A DNA stretch of 64,000 bases from Lingula anatina (taxonomy: Eukaryota; Animalia; Brachiopoda). Each line of letters opens with the position of its first letter. Position 1 is the stretch's first letter. The notes under the pieces were generated by a model. That model saw only the letters and a program-made list of their open reading frames with translations. It made no database searches and was not told the DNA's origin. The translations under genes and the position numbers were made by a program. Where the stretch lies: positions 50,198,788-50,262,787 of the forward strand of contig CM120640.1 of NCBI GenBank assembly GCA_051362555.1. The letters are read 5' to 3'. Shown one piece after another: positions 29,479 through 44,080 of this stretch.

Positions 29479-32400
29479 ATTACTGATTTGTATTAAAATT
29501 AATACTGTTCAACCTATGCTTATTATCATAGACACTTTTTGACGTTGTTTCCCCATTTTTTATCGTTTACATTTATGATGTCAGTAAAGCAAAATGTATT
29601 GGTCTGGATGCACATCCTAATTAAAGCTCGACTAATTGACCGTAATATCTGGCGTTTTACAAAAATTGCAAGCGCCCAGGATGATGTATTGGAGCAGTTG
29701 TGCGTGACGCGATTTAATCCGCCCGAGACCAGCGTTTCTTTTAGCCTCCCTCATTCTATCATTTTTGAACCACCGCTGCGCCACTTCGTCGTTTAGTTTT
29801 ATAATGGTGATGAATGGCACTCATTAAGGGTTTTAATTACTATGTCAAATAGGTTTGTACAGTCGATTGGATGGGTTATTACGGGATGCAGAGACGCGAT
29901 CTTGTGTTCAATTGCCTGTTTCATTGTCACCGCCAACCTGCCACGGTATTGCTACGATGCAGGTTTTGCTGGCAACAGACTTACAGTGAATTTTGAATAA
30001 AACAGTATCTCAGAATAAATTATTTGCCAACCTGCATAGATTACTATTAACACAGTTATCCTGGGTTTAATATTTAATTCGCAGTTTGTATAGCGTTTGT
30101 TTCATGGTGTGAAACCAGTGCGAGTCCGAATCAATGCTTCGACACGCAAGAGTAATTAACTCTACCTTTGCAGCCGCTTCAAAGTTATCGGACTTTAATA
30201 AGTCATTATTCCCCCCTCTCAATGGCCAGGGTAGACACAGCACTTAGATGACCAAAGACGCAATAGAAATGACCCTCTCTAATCGATTGTCACAACAAGT
30301 CAAGGAGTGCGTACACATCGACAAGCACGTAGTCTGAGTTATTATTTCCATTATTTTTGGACATACATTTATACAAGTAATGTGAACATTTCCTTTAAAT
30401 CTACACCAGCGGAATTCATAATGAATTCAATATTACACCAGCTGCCCGCTTGACCATTAGAACGACCCACGCGGTCATCTCGGACGCTCACAAGTCGTTT
30501 ATATCTGAAAGAACGCTTATTTGTTTAAGAAAGCCAAAAAATACGGGCATGCAGATGTGGTCGCTAATTAAATGCTTTAATAATTAAAATTTCTCCAACT
30601 TATTGATAATTCAGCTAACAAAACGCAATGAAAATTTCGCCCGAAAAAAAGAAAGTTCTGAATAATAAGTCCGAGCTTATTATGTAAGTTTTCACTTACG
30701 AACCATGGTCAGTGTTTTTGTGGATGGCTCGCGTACATTGTACCATGTGTTAGTATTTTTTTCCTGCTCGAGCCGTGCACGTCTGGTCGTCACGTATTGT
30801 GTGCTGGCCACACAACACCTTGACTTTTGAAGCATGACTTCGGTCCAAAAGGGCGGGTTGTCCACAACCAAGGTGAATGAAAAGGAATAATTTACCGAAT
30901 GACCCCTGAATCAGAATCTGTATACTGAGACAGGATGAAACTTAAGAAATCATTTAATGGTTTTCTGGGGTCATAGAGTTCTCTTTGCAATATCTGATCA
31001 CAATGATGATAAAATAAATAGGTAGGTGAAAAGGAAGACATTCCAAAGATACCAAAATGTCCCGAAGAAAGACAGTGACATTACCCAAAGAAATCTACAT
31101 TTGCCGTGCTTTTATCCACACAATTAGTTTGCATGTTAATTATGTTGGATATCATACTAATACAAATAAACGAAGACATATATTTCTTATGAAAATTATT
31201 TTACAATTAGCTTGTCTTAAATGGCTCTATGCAATGTGTTGACAAATAAATGCAATGCATTTCCATTTGGATTCCCTTGAAAAGAAGTATCTTTTGTCAA
31301 TGTGTAATCAATTTATTTGCTTTTTGCCAGTCAAGATGGTAATGTAAATGCCGTGTAGGTTTTAGTATAGTACGCCTCATGTGGGTTTCATTGGTCTTGT
31401 CTATTCATCCTTCTTTTGCTTCGATAAACATTTTTTACTTCAACAGAATTTCCATGCATAAGGTTGTCTAATAAAACGCTATAAATCGCTGACATAAAAT
31501 GTTTTCTCCGTCTCCTGACACTGTGGTAATTACTAACAGTAGGTGCCCCTCCCCTCATATTAACACTCAATGATAAGCTTTGTTTAACAATTTGTTCAAC
31601 TTATTAGCCCTCATAACATTGGGTCTCTAGTTCTTCCCGATGGCTACTGAGATACACGGCAATCGGTCCTGTGGCCACTTTAGTAGGTCTTAAAAGGTTT
31701 ATCCAACAAATACTTCTTGGCAGGACGCACTTTTTCATCTCACTAGTGGTCCTCGGTAGGACGCCGAGACGCTTGAAAAGGCTTGGTTTCATCAGAGTAC
31801 CCTATAGTATTTTAAACGCTCCTTGTAAATTTGTCGTCTTATAAAGCGATTTAATTTCAACCGGCGGCGTCTTTGCTCTGATGCTTTTTTGACACTTCCT
31901 AAAATGCAAAATTGTTTATTTTGTCCCTGCATTTATTTTAATCTCGTCGGGAGGCCAAGTTTATTGAGCACATTTTATCAAGGTAAAAAAAATACATATG
32001 AGCCCTAGATATGGGACAAAAGCTAATATATGAGATTTAAGCGATCTGAAAGGAAACTTTTTTTCAGGAGGGCAAGATCCTCTAATGTTATAGCCCGGAA
32101 GCTGCTTTATCTTTGAAAAGTCACTTCACAGAAAATAACAAACTATATATATATATATTAAAAAGGAGCAAATGTCGCTCTCAGCGTAGATGTAGATATT
32201 GACAACGATTTAACAATTGGCATTCCTAGTTTATTTACTACACTGGTTTACAAACGTTTTCGTCTTTTTTATATATAAATATTTACCATTAACAATAAAT
32301 TCACCATGAATTGCGGTAGTTTATATTTTCAAGATTGGCATTTCACCAAAAGGTATGGCCCTAAATATTTTTATATTCGCCTTAAATAAAACGAGCATGC

Positions 32401-35400
32401 GTTTGTAATTGTAAAACAGAACACCTAAATTATTCCAATTTCTGTGGAAATCTCTACGAACCTTTCTTAGATCACAACTCTAAGCTGAATGGAAACCGTT
32501 TTCACTCCAGTGCTGAAAAAGAATGTCCCTCCACTGGACAGAAATAATAGCTCAGCTTGTACCCCCTCTCGTGAAATCAGAAAAGGAAATTAATCAGACG
32601 AAAATGCCTGCTGGGTCCTGCAATGAACGGCCTGGCGTGGTTTGTAACCTTGACACAGACCACATGATTCGCAATGAAGCCTGTGTTTAAGACAGATAAA
32701 GAAATCCGCTTGAAAACTTTGTTTCATAAAGTTCAAGTGTGCATTTTACTCGCTCAATTTCCCTGATAATTTTCAATTTCAAATCGTCGATTAATAAAAA
32801 TCAAAAACAAAATATCATTACATGAGCAGGCTATATCATTTCAATTCATAAATTAGCAGGCAAAAATTAGATAATTAATTGAATTACAACGGCATGGATC
32901 TTTACGTTAGTGAGATGATTCACCCCCATCCTCTGCCGTAGGGATTGGTGAGAGAAGAGGTATGAGTCAGCTGAACATATGCGAAATATGACCTCTTCAT
33001 ACATTAGATAGAAGCTCATGAGAGGAAATGGAATAACATTCCCATCATTTCAAATTAAACAATTTTATTAATTTTCTACGACCAGTCACATTTCTACAGT
33101 GGGTTTTATTTGATAAATTCAATGAAACATTTTTATATTATTATAAGGACATACACATTTATCCTTTATCTGACAAATGAACTTGGAACTGATGGACGTT
33201 CAGGTTACGAATCTGGATATTGTACCTTGTCAATTTCAAATACCGTTCCTTAGGCAAAATCACAAACTATTTTTTACAACCAGGGGCTTAAAAGCATTCT
33301 TTGTGTACTCTTGTCATAATACCATATTACACAAACTCACATGAGGCGTACAACATAAGGAATATATGAATACGAAGATTGTAGAACTTTTCTGTCATTT
33401 ATGTATTTATGCCAAAACAGATGGAGCCAGTGGGCACTACACATGGCTTTTGTGAATACAATCTCTGGGTTTCTGTCATTATTTCTGGGTTTGTCAGCCA
33501 TTACTTGGAATTATTGATTTAAGTTCGATTTTAAAATGTCTACATAAAGTAGAATGAAAGATATTTTATGCCCACAATATACAGCAATGCTCGCTAGCAT
33601 TTGTTGTCCTTTTTAATGTCCTCATGGTATCACTTTTAGAGTTTCTGCTCATAATGCTCTTAATTTCTGCTCAATATTTTCTTTTAAATGCACTGTCTGC
33701 ACTTTTCTTAGATGTTTTTGTCCCAAGCACCTGTAGCGGATGAGTTACAACCGCGTAGCTACTACAGCTTACTACGAAATTTCCTTTTTAATCAAGTATC
33801 TACCATTGAACCGAGCGAGAGCGTTAAAGTTGTATAGCAGGCGAACAAAACGCGCAGAATATATAATGAAACACACGGATCGACGAAGAGATAATAAAGG
33901 AGCCGCCTTTCATGGAATCTAATTTAAAAATCTCTCTGATATTCATTTCATTCATCTTAAGGTACAGCACAAGCGTTAGATGGCTAATGAAAAATATACA
34001 AATTATATATATTTTACCGACAGAATGTGCTTCACAAATAAAGCAGAACATTTCAATTAGAAGACTGTGTCAAAACAATACATAAAATATGAAACCTAAC
34101 AGATGTGTCAGCTTGATACTAAATCACTTTTCTTTGATGTTTTAATTTCTAACACCCCTTATATTTAAATAATATTTCAGTTTACAGAGACTCCAACTTG
34201 TTTCCACGACAAATACGTGAAATACGTGCCAAGATCGACCGTCCAATCAATGGTGCACGTGAGGGGAGGGACGCTTGAAGGCGCCCAGCAGTCTGGCACC
34301 ATCAGACAGCATGGCGCTGACAGGGAGATCGATTTTTGTCGTCTGCCTTCAACAGGGCGAGAGAAATACACCCACGGGTGATTGGAACAAACAGGAGAAA
34401 AGAGTGAAAACATTGCCTGTCACAAAATTACCGTCACTGGTGATTTCCTCACTGATTTGCGATCTTTTTATTCAAGCGTAAATAGGGTTAAGAAAAAGCC
34501 GAGCTAATACAACATGTCATAATTTTCTATTAACTTAATTTAATATGTAAGTCGATACCTGTCTTTATATATGTACATAACCCCGTTCGTTTACTCAAAG
34601 ACAAAATCGTTGGCGCACAATAGAAACCAGTTAAAAATAACAAACCTCATAGATAGGGAAAATGGAAAAGGAACTAGAATCCATAATTGCTATGATTTCA
34701 ACACGTCTGCTATTGTGCAACGGGGTCAGTATATTGCACCCCTGTTCAATACTGCTTTCATACACGAATGTTCTTTTTTGCCAATAAAATGAGTATACGT
34801 GTCGTGATAATAGCATATTTGGCATTGAAATGAGCAGCCGACCTAAAGGGCCAGGAAGAATGGATGATTCAGTGCGTCAGCGTTCCTATTAATTTTTAAT
34901 CTTAAAGGCACGTTATGCCACCTATCTCAACAGTCAGGAGGTCAAGGTGTGACATAACAATGGCGATATTGCAGAGACACACTGGAAATGTACTCGGTCT
35001 TTTTCTCTCTAGAATCGATCCTTTGTCAATATTTTGCATAGGTTCAGTCAGTTCAAATCAACAAGTGATCGCATAACAAGTCACTTGGTTTTTCGTATTG
35101 TCTATCTAGTATCATCTGGTATTTTTATCCCCTGCTTGTCGGACGAAATCCTTTTAGGAAATCATAATTAATTTTATGTCGATTCTTTGCTGATTGTACT
35201 CTATTTTTGAAACTTTAACCCCGAAGAAAGGAATACCAGCTAACATTTCCAAACATTAACAATGCCCTAAGCAAGAGCAAAAACTACAGCAACATAGAAT
35301 CGAACGTAAAATCGTACTCATCACGATATTTACGAGAACGCTGTTAAATTATAATTCTCTGAAACACGTTGGCTTTTTAAATGTCAATTAACCCAAAAGG

Positions 35401-38400
35401 TTTTATTAAAGATAAAAAACAATTAATTTGTTTAAACTCTTTGCTTTCAGTCATAGAATTACTGTATGCCTTTAAAACAGATGCAATATGTTATTTACCA
35501 AACTATATATATATATATATATACATATCTCAGTAGATCCTAATTTGAAACATAAGAATATTTAGCTTGCAGCGCCACCTTTGGTCAACTATTTTCGGTT
35601 TACACAATCGATCGTTAAGTCCCAACGTCCCTTATAGATAAGGGAGGTCCATCAAATCTTCGTTATTATATTGCATTTAAAGGCAGTTCTGTACCGGCAT
35701 TTAATAATGTATATTTTTTTTTCCTTTTCAATTTGTCTTTCTTTGTTTTTCTCCTTTTTTTGCGAAGAAAACGTTTGACTAATTCTTAAAGAATGAATGC
35801 CTCTGTAATCCTTCGATACTAAGACAATGCACTTTCGTGAGTTGTTTATGCAAGTCATTTTCCTGCATGCTTTATACATTTTGTTTTCATTTTTAACAAC
35901 TATGTCATTAACAAAGATGAGTGTCTAGTATTTTTGAACCCAACACCCTGACTAATTTCCATCCCTGTAATAAGTAATATGTGCACAAGATTTCTGTTCT
36001 ACATTGATTGGCTTTTATCATTATCATTATTCAGCACTCATTCTAAGTTCTTTTTATAACAAAGGGCAAAACAAACTAATTTCAACTATTGCATGTGAAT
36101 GTATATACATGTATATGAAATAGTTACCAAAGGAAAATGCTAGAAATATAACTTAAATGTGTGGTTTTTAATTAATTGATATGTTTAAAGTAAGTGAACT
36201 ATTTTCATAACACAACTCGGCACAGCAATTGAGATAAAATTCGTAAAACGACTTCAGTTATTTTGCATATCATCCGAAATTGAAATATTTATATACGCGT
36301 GTAACTTTTATTTCAGTGAAATGTCACTGGGAGCAATGAGTTAGAAATAGAAGTAATATATCTAGTAAGTACTGCTATTCATTTTAACCTGCATGGTAAA
36401 TGGCTTAACATTTTAGCACCCATCATTCCCCCTGCAAGCAACAGCTCCGTTCTTCTAAACAAAACTATTAAAATTATTACCTTTGGTTTCATTATCCCCA
36501 CCTTATTCTAAGAATGTTATTTTCACTATTTTTATTATGCAGAACTTAAGTCCTAAACTGTGTGGTCTCTCACTCTGTCGCGAACCAGTCTGCGAAGCCA
36601 ACGATAATTTGAAAATAGCTGGCACAAAATATGATATGCTTTTACACAAAAAGAAGCTAATCTCATTTATGGATAACTGAGCATCATATTGTTACACTCA
36701 ATATTCTACTGGGAATAAATATTTGCAAGAAAATTACTTAGAGTAATGAAACTTGATTAATTTTTCATTTATCTTACAGAGAAAGTTGTAGCACTTTCAC
36801 GATGTGCCTATCAAAAGAACAAAAATTATTGGTATTTTTTATACATGTATCAGCGAGGTAGTTAAAAAAGATGGGAGTTTTTTTGCTAATTCGATATAAA
36901 CAAACAGTAACGGAAATAAGAATTATTTAGTTCATTTAAGACTGATGAGTACCCGCATATATACCAAAATGTACGATAACTTCTTTGCACAGGGTTTGAG
37001 TATAATATTGTTTTTATTACATCGTTTTTCAGAAAACGGCACACAACAAAGGCCAACAAAATGTAAACCCATTAACCTAAGCGAACCGTCGTTTTCGTAT
37101 CTTTTCTGCTTATAAAGAATTTAGTATTGCTTCTACACGACATTACCTCTGATATGAGATACCACTCAACAGTTAAATAATGAATCGTTTCACCAAAAAC
37201 ATCATTGCATATGAAGTATTTTGCCTCAAACTCTTAAATGCATTATACACTGTAAGTTGCAGAGGGTTCTCTGTCATTAACATACTATATCTCTGTTGTT
37301 GAGCTTATGGGAACCGTGTCAGGTTGCTAGTTAGATGAAGGAGGAGTGGAATATGGTACATTACGGGCCCTGATCTGATCCGCTCTACAACAGCTTGTAC
37401 CTTAATCTGTGTGATTAGCCGATTGTCCGTGCAAGCCATTGCTTTCACTATCTACAACTACAGCAGCGCGCTGCAGGATTACTGCAATAATACCTGACGG
37501 TAGTAATTTAATGATTAAATTGAACAGATAAGCTTACAAACAATTACTGGTGCTCTTTGATCTCTGGTCCAGACATGACAAAGCATTGGCCACTGTGGGG
37601 ACCATTCGTACCTGGTGACCTTTGAAAACTATAAAATTTACTACTATAGGAAGGCAAACACGTGAATGTTGTGACTCGGTGTAATCCCTTCGAGCATTCA
37701 TGTGAGTCTGGGCATGGGGAGGACGGAGAGTTTCCCACGACAAGAGGGGCTGCTCACCATCCGCCATTTTAGTTCATCAAAAACCTAAGCGAATTTACAA
37801 TCAATTGCACTTTTAACAAACTCGAAAATGAAGCCAAGTTTCTGTTTCAAAAGTACCGTTTCATGTGTTTTTAACAGGAGGCAAACTCTTCGAATGTACA
37901 TTTCAATGAAAATGTAAATGATTCATATAACCGTCTCAAAAGAGGTGCCAACAAACAAGTTCTGGTCGATAACACCAACATTACCCAACAACGAAACTGG
38001 TTTTGCTATGGCATCAGGAACGAGTTAAGAACTACGTAGTAATTCTAGTAGTAAAGCTTGACACCTTCCGTCAATAATTGCACGGTACATTTGCCCCAGA
38101 GAACTACCCTGCCCCCACCTCCTCACCTTCCTGACCTTCGTTTCTTACTACAACTTCTTTGGGTGCCTTCATGAATAAACTTTTTCCGTGTCAAAGTGCA
38201 GGGGTTATATCTTAAGGGGTCATTGCATCGAATTACATTGAAATTGACCCAATTTTCCCCAGCGTTTATTCAAATAGAACTCTCACTTCAAATATAATGC
38301 ATTTTTCATAACAATAGATATATCTTGTACGAACCTAAGTTGAAGTCAGATTAAGGGGAAATTGGCGGGAAAACACGGAGCATCGTAAACAATATAGGTT

Positions 38401-41151
38401 ATGAAGAGTAACGCATATGCCTTATCAAACAAATATGTTTAAGAGAGAGTTACAGGATAAGGAGCAGCAAGACGGAAGATCGTTGAAAATTATATATTTG
38501 GATTCTTACAGTTTTTCCAGAACCGAACTGTTGAGTACCAAGGGTTGTCGTCTGCAAGCACCAGAATGTCACTGTTGTCAAGCTGTTCCAGCTACACAGT
38601 GGTTGCCTGAAAATGTCGAAAATTGTTACAGTCAGTAATATATATAGAAATGGACTTCTTAAAATGTCCAGACGTCTTTCACTGAATTTTGTTTGCGAAA
38701 TACCTATGGCACCGAATATGTAATTAGCACAATTTTTATAATTTTGTAAAATTAGACTTTCGAACCTATAAAAGCGACCCTTAAAAGCATTAGCTATTGT
38801 TGATTTTTTTCCCTACATTTACATTGCATTTGAGGTATTTATATGGTATTTATTGAGCAAATTGTAAGTGCACCTAGCGATCTTAGAGGTAAAAGGTACA
38901 AAGTTGTATGGTTGACGGCGCTGCCAGAGGCGCTATGAGTTTTACAATGCACAGATATTGTGTTTCTCGCATGGCGGTACCAGCCTCTTTTATTACGTCA
39001 TCTGAATTTGATCTCATTTTATTGTTGTATTATTTTTTGCTGCGGGTGGTAATAAATATTTCGTTATGAACTTGTCGGCTATTCGAAACACATAAGCTTA
39101 TTAAATGAATGTGTGGTCATCTCCTTGTTATCTTGGTGTGTCGGGAATCTATGATCTTTGTGTGATCGGGAATTATAATCTTCGCAATATCCCAATTTTG
39201 TATCAAATTTAAATCCCTGTTATCAAACTTAATGGCAAATGTGAGTTGCATTGTCAGCATTTCCCTTGGCATCTGGCGGACGCGCTGTTGTGATGCAATT
39301 TGCCGGCGATGTAGTAGCTCTGTTACCTGCAAGTTTTCACTGCTGCGGCGAAACGCTTTGACAGATATAACTGCAGGTAAGAATTTTGTTTGTCATTTGG
39401 AAGTACTTGAGTTAAGTAGCAAAGATGCTTACTGATGACAGAAATAAAGTTATAAATCATTATGCTTAGAGATACACTAAGTTCAGAAAACGAATTTTTG
39501 GTAAAGTATGTGATATTTTAATGGTCATTACATTTACCTATATTATCGCAGCATTTTTGTTGGATTTTCGTCTGTTATTCTTTTCGCAAAAAAATTGAAT
39601 GGTTGTTTATTTGAAGAACTGTGCTGTAAAATTTCTTTTTAGTCATCCTTAGAAGAAATTACTGCACATGCTTACTCTAGAATATATTTATTATTTCAAA
39701 TTTCTATGTCCTGGTGAAACAATTTATTAAGTCTATATTTGGGCTATTCATTCAATCTTCTATTTTTTGTTTTTTTCATAACCTAGTTTGTTTTTTTTTC
39801 TTTAAGTACATTAACAAATTATAGCAATTACGTGCTATTCAAGTTATGATGATATTTAAAAATTAAATTTGAAACATATTAATTTACGTTACAAGTAATC
39901 GAACATTAAAATGCTGCGAATCAAATGTTTAATCAATTTATAATTACTTTATCTAACATTATTTTGGTTTGTTTGTTTTATTAATTAGTTTTGTGATATG
40001 AAGCAAAAATAAGGATCAGATATGTAGTGATCATGAAACTTATTGATTGAAAATTTTAAGCATAGCACTATTTAAAAATGCTAACGTTTTTAAAAACATG
40101 TTTAATATTTGAAAATGTATTATTAACATTTTATTTTTTAAAAAAATTAAGAAGTAAAATATGAAAATTATTTGTTCAGAATTTTCCAGAGCATCGACTG
40201 TTATAAACTCGCAATTGTCCGAAACCCATTTTATGCGCCCTTTGTCTCTAAATAAAACTACAATTTAATTCAAAATCACTGGTGAAATATTTTAAATTAT
40301 AATGCATTTGTAAATATTATTTCTAAAAGAGCAGTAATAATATAATAACCCGAGGCTTGATTATCATATTTACACCTATTTGAGAATCATTAGAAATTTC
40401 ACTATCATATTTAAGTAATTTCATACTTGCGCCTTTTTTACGCACCTTATCATACCATGCAGCCCTCTCTTTCAGCAATGCCCGCGCTATCCAGAGAGCT
40501 AACGTACAGCCGTTCCGTGCCACTGTAGTAATTATCTCCGATTCAAGCACTGTTTGTAATAACTACACTCTATTTCTAACAACACGGATCGATAACTACT
40601 TTATTCAGACCTACAATTGTAACATTTTACTTTCGTACGTTTATATTGATTATAGAGGCTGACACTAGGACTTGAGGAACAAAAAAAGACATGTCCTAAC
40701 ATAAATCACAAGTACTCAATGAAATTTCTGAAAAAGCTATTTTTTGAAGATGCCTTTTTTAAAAGAAAGCATTCATAAAATGGAAGTTTTAATAGGCAAG
40801 TTTTTTTTTACTTTAATCAGACACTGCAGAATTGATTTTTTAGTAAAATGCAAGGGTTTGTCACCCCACGGTTGCACATTGAAGTATTTCTACATTTTGC
40901 ATTTCACAAATATCGTTATGTTATTTATTACATTCATACATTTAAAACTGCATGTTACCATCTGTTTCTCGAAATAAATCCAAATCAAACAAACTGTGCA
41001 AGCTTTAATATTTATGTTTTCTTATTCAAACCACTTAAACAATATGTATTTAAAATTGTATAAAGGTTTCCCGCCAATCAAACATGTCAAAACCTAATAG
41101 AATTGGAAAGCAACAGAAAATTCGAGGGTTAACTGGTGCGACTGGAATTCG

Positions 41152-41167
41152 CCGCCAGATGTCGCCA
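41152..41167 (+). promoter_or_regulatory. CTCF-like motif CCGCCAGATGTCGCCA
   Basis: Close match to the CTCF core consensus with correct spacing, in a small GC-rich island within AT-rich sequence. Confidence 0.4.
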
Positions 41168-43717
41168 CACCCTGATGGTCCCGCCTCACCACGCTGCGAA
41201 CGCGAACAAGTAAGTGGGCGTTCAAAAACCTTCAGCTTTCAGTTAAGAAAAAATGAATAAGGACATACAACAAAATAAAAGTTAAATGTTGTCATCTAGC
41301 AAAAGTTCATAAATCAAACTTCATTCGGTTTCTATTGAGATCGGATTTAGGACAAGCTGTCATTTTACATGATAAGCAAACAGTTGATAATAAAAATGTT
41401 TAGAAATTTTATAACATTGGAGCTTTGGGGGTATCTGATAAATCGTAAGTTGTAAATTTTAAAGTATTGGTAAAAAATAAAAAACAAATATATAGCTACT
41501 GTATTAAATGTATTTACTTATGCAAATGTCTTCTTAATTTTTTGAAGTTGATAAAAACATTACTTTGGAAATGAAGGAAAAAAATAAAAGGGCAAACTAT
41601 TAAAAATTATGCTTGTTCAGAACAAGATAGAATAATCATCAGAACAAAAAAGGTTACAAGAGTAAACTATCAAATCAATGGCAAGTGTTTTCAGAATTTA
41701 CACGAAGGCAAAGAGCTCCTCTAATTAATTTGAATATAATAAGGTTGGATCACACGAACAGCGCTGGCTGTTGACGCTTTGCTGGCACGCACACACAGAT
41801 AAATTGCATATAATGTGCACTTAGATAAATTATAGTGGTACTTGATCTCATCATCGTTTAAGAAATGCTGTTTTATTATCTTTTCTCTGCCAATTGGACA
41901 ACTGTTTATAAAAAAAAGCAATTTTTTAACCGTGTTATTCTTTACGCGACATTATTTGTGATTTTTTTCACTTTTAAATAGTAGTCACAATAGAGTATTA
42001 ATAAAATAAACGCGATTTTTTCAAATGTTGAACTAATTTAAAAACAATCAAAGTAAATTGAGATTTCATTCGAAATTATGTGTACAGGCATTTAAAATAA
42101 TACATATCAATTCCAAAAAATTGTTCAAAATAACATAATATATAGTGATTTTCTTTTAAGTAATAAACATTTCCTTATTTCATTTTTGACAGATGCCTTT
42201 AAACCGACCATGCTGACAAAACCAAATTAGAATATTGCTTTAATGTCGTTTTTGAAGTTGCAAAATTATTATTGAAATGAATTCATCAAAGAAAAGACTT
42301 GTTCTCACAAATAAAAGAAGTAAAAAATCATCAGTATACTCTATATTTCTATGTTCCAAAGAAACGACCGATAATATTTTCAAAAAGGTAAAAAAAATGT
42401 GGACGAAAAAGATCTGCCAGCAGTTGACAACATCAAAAGTAATCATGGGATTCCATATATCCGAATGCGTGTGATAGTTTATATTCTCAGCAATATACAG
42501 CCATAAGACCTTGTTATCCATTATTTTTTGTCAAATATTGAACTGAAGTTGAAATGATTAAATAGTGCTTAACATTCCATGTCCCATCCTCTGAAATATT
42601 CATTGCAACACAAATTCTATCGAATTAGTGAATATTAAATTAATATCTGAACCGATAAGCTTTTTTGCGATAAAAACGCCATCTATATTTTCATTACAAT
42701 AGTAAATAGCAAAATGTTTTTTTTTTCTTTTTTGTGTCTAAAATACAAGACAAAAAAGTTTATTCAAACATTAAAAATTTAAAATTTTAATGATGGTTTG
42801 ACGACAAATGGCAACACATTTTAGATAAGTCATAAAATAAGCTTAAATAATGCTTTTTGTAAAAGGACATGTCTTGGGGGAAGTTGTTCTCGAAATATAC
42901 ATTTGAGATCCTCATCATGCAACAAAGATAAACTTGTTATACAATAATATCGAGCAGTTCCTATTTTTATAACTAGTCTTTATCGAAGTATGAGCATATC
43001 GAATCACAGGGAGGCCCTTGGCAAATACAAGTCATTAATTCAAATTCTTCAATCAATTGATGGCAAACAAACTTGACGTCGTTTTTACACAAATGAATGT
43101 GTACGTTACTTGACTCATCCGTAAAATCAGAAATGGGTCATTCTAGGGAGCGACCTGATCTTTTGATCCCGTGAAGACTAATCGGGCACACTGCCACAAT
43201 GAAACTTCCTAGAAATATGTGAGCACCAGCATAGGTATGTCAGCGTTAGGACAGACGGATCTGTTGCCCTTTTAAGATGCATTTAAACCAGGTTTGTAGA
43301 TTTTTTACAAGGAAATCCTTTGTGTGTTAAACCAAAGAACAACTTCCTTCTATTTCATATTCAATCGACATTTAACAAAGATACAAGCCGTCATGGCAGT
43401 GCTCGCCGCAGCTGACTTGTAAACAGTAACAGTAAACTCAGAACTGAGCAAACAGTGCCAACATAATAATGGTACTGGTGCAGCAACACGGTTAAATTTT
43501 GCAGATCTTTTCTTAAGCATATATTAATTTTCAGTAAAAAACTAATTCAGCATTCTTTAAACCAATCCATCTTAAAACGATAATATCCTACACCAGACCG
43601 TTAAGACCCTGTGTTACGGACACCATCCCAGTACTAGTGCGTCCCTGCTGCCATGTTGTCCCGCAGTGACGACCCAGCAGCGTCGACGGTAGTGATCCGT
43701 CAATATTTCCCCCGTCT

Positions 43718-43753
43718 ACTGAACCAATGTCCTTTTAATCACTTATATATATA
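43718..43753 (-). promoter_or_regulatory. TATA plus Inr core promoter (TSS about 43720)
   Basis: TATATATATAAG at 43753-43742 and TCAGT at 43722-43718, about 30 nt apart, followed by CpG-rich sequence. Confidence 0.5.
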
Positions 43754-44080
43754 GCTCCTCTTTCCCTGTCATTCTATATTACACAATAGTTGTGTCAAAC
43801 TTGTGACCAGTGAATTCCACTCTAATGCTTCGATGAACTAATCACAAAACTCCGATGTATGACTGCGAGGATGGGGAGATAATCATTAAAACCAGGTCAT
43901 TTTTGAGCTTGATTAAGTGATTAATTGGAGAAATTATCGAAAGGTGTGTAGCTACTTTGTCACCTTCCCCTTCTCAAACATGCCTCATTAAGCCCTCATT
44001 CTTATCGAGATAAAGGCGCTTTTCAGATTTCCCCTGAAAAAACATTCAGTCAAAAATCTAAACAAGTTTGAATTTACATT

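Noticed and set aside
32876-32886. Perfect P3/RCSI paired-class homeodomain palindrome TAATTGAATTA
   Set aside because: All-but-one A/T motif expected by chance in 64 kb of AT-rich DNA; needs conservation evidence.
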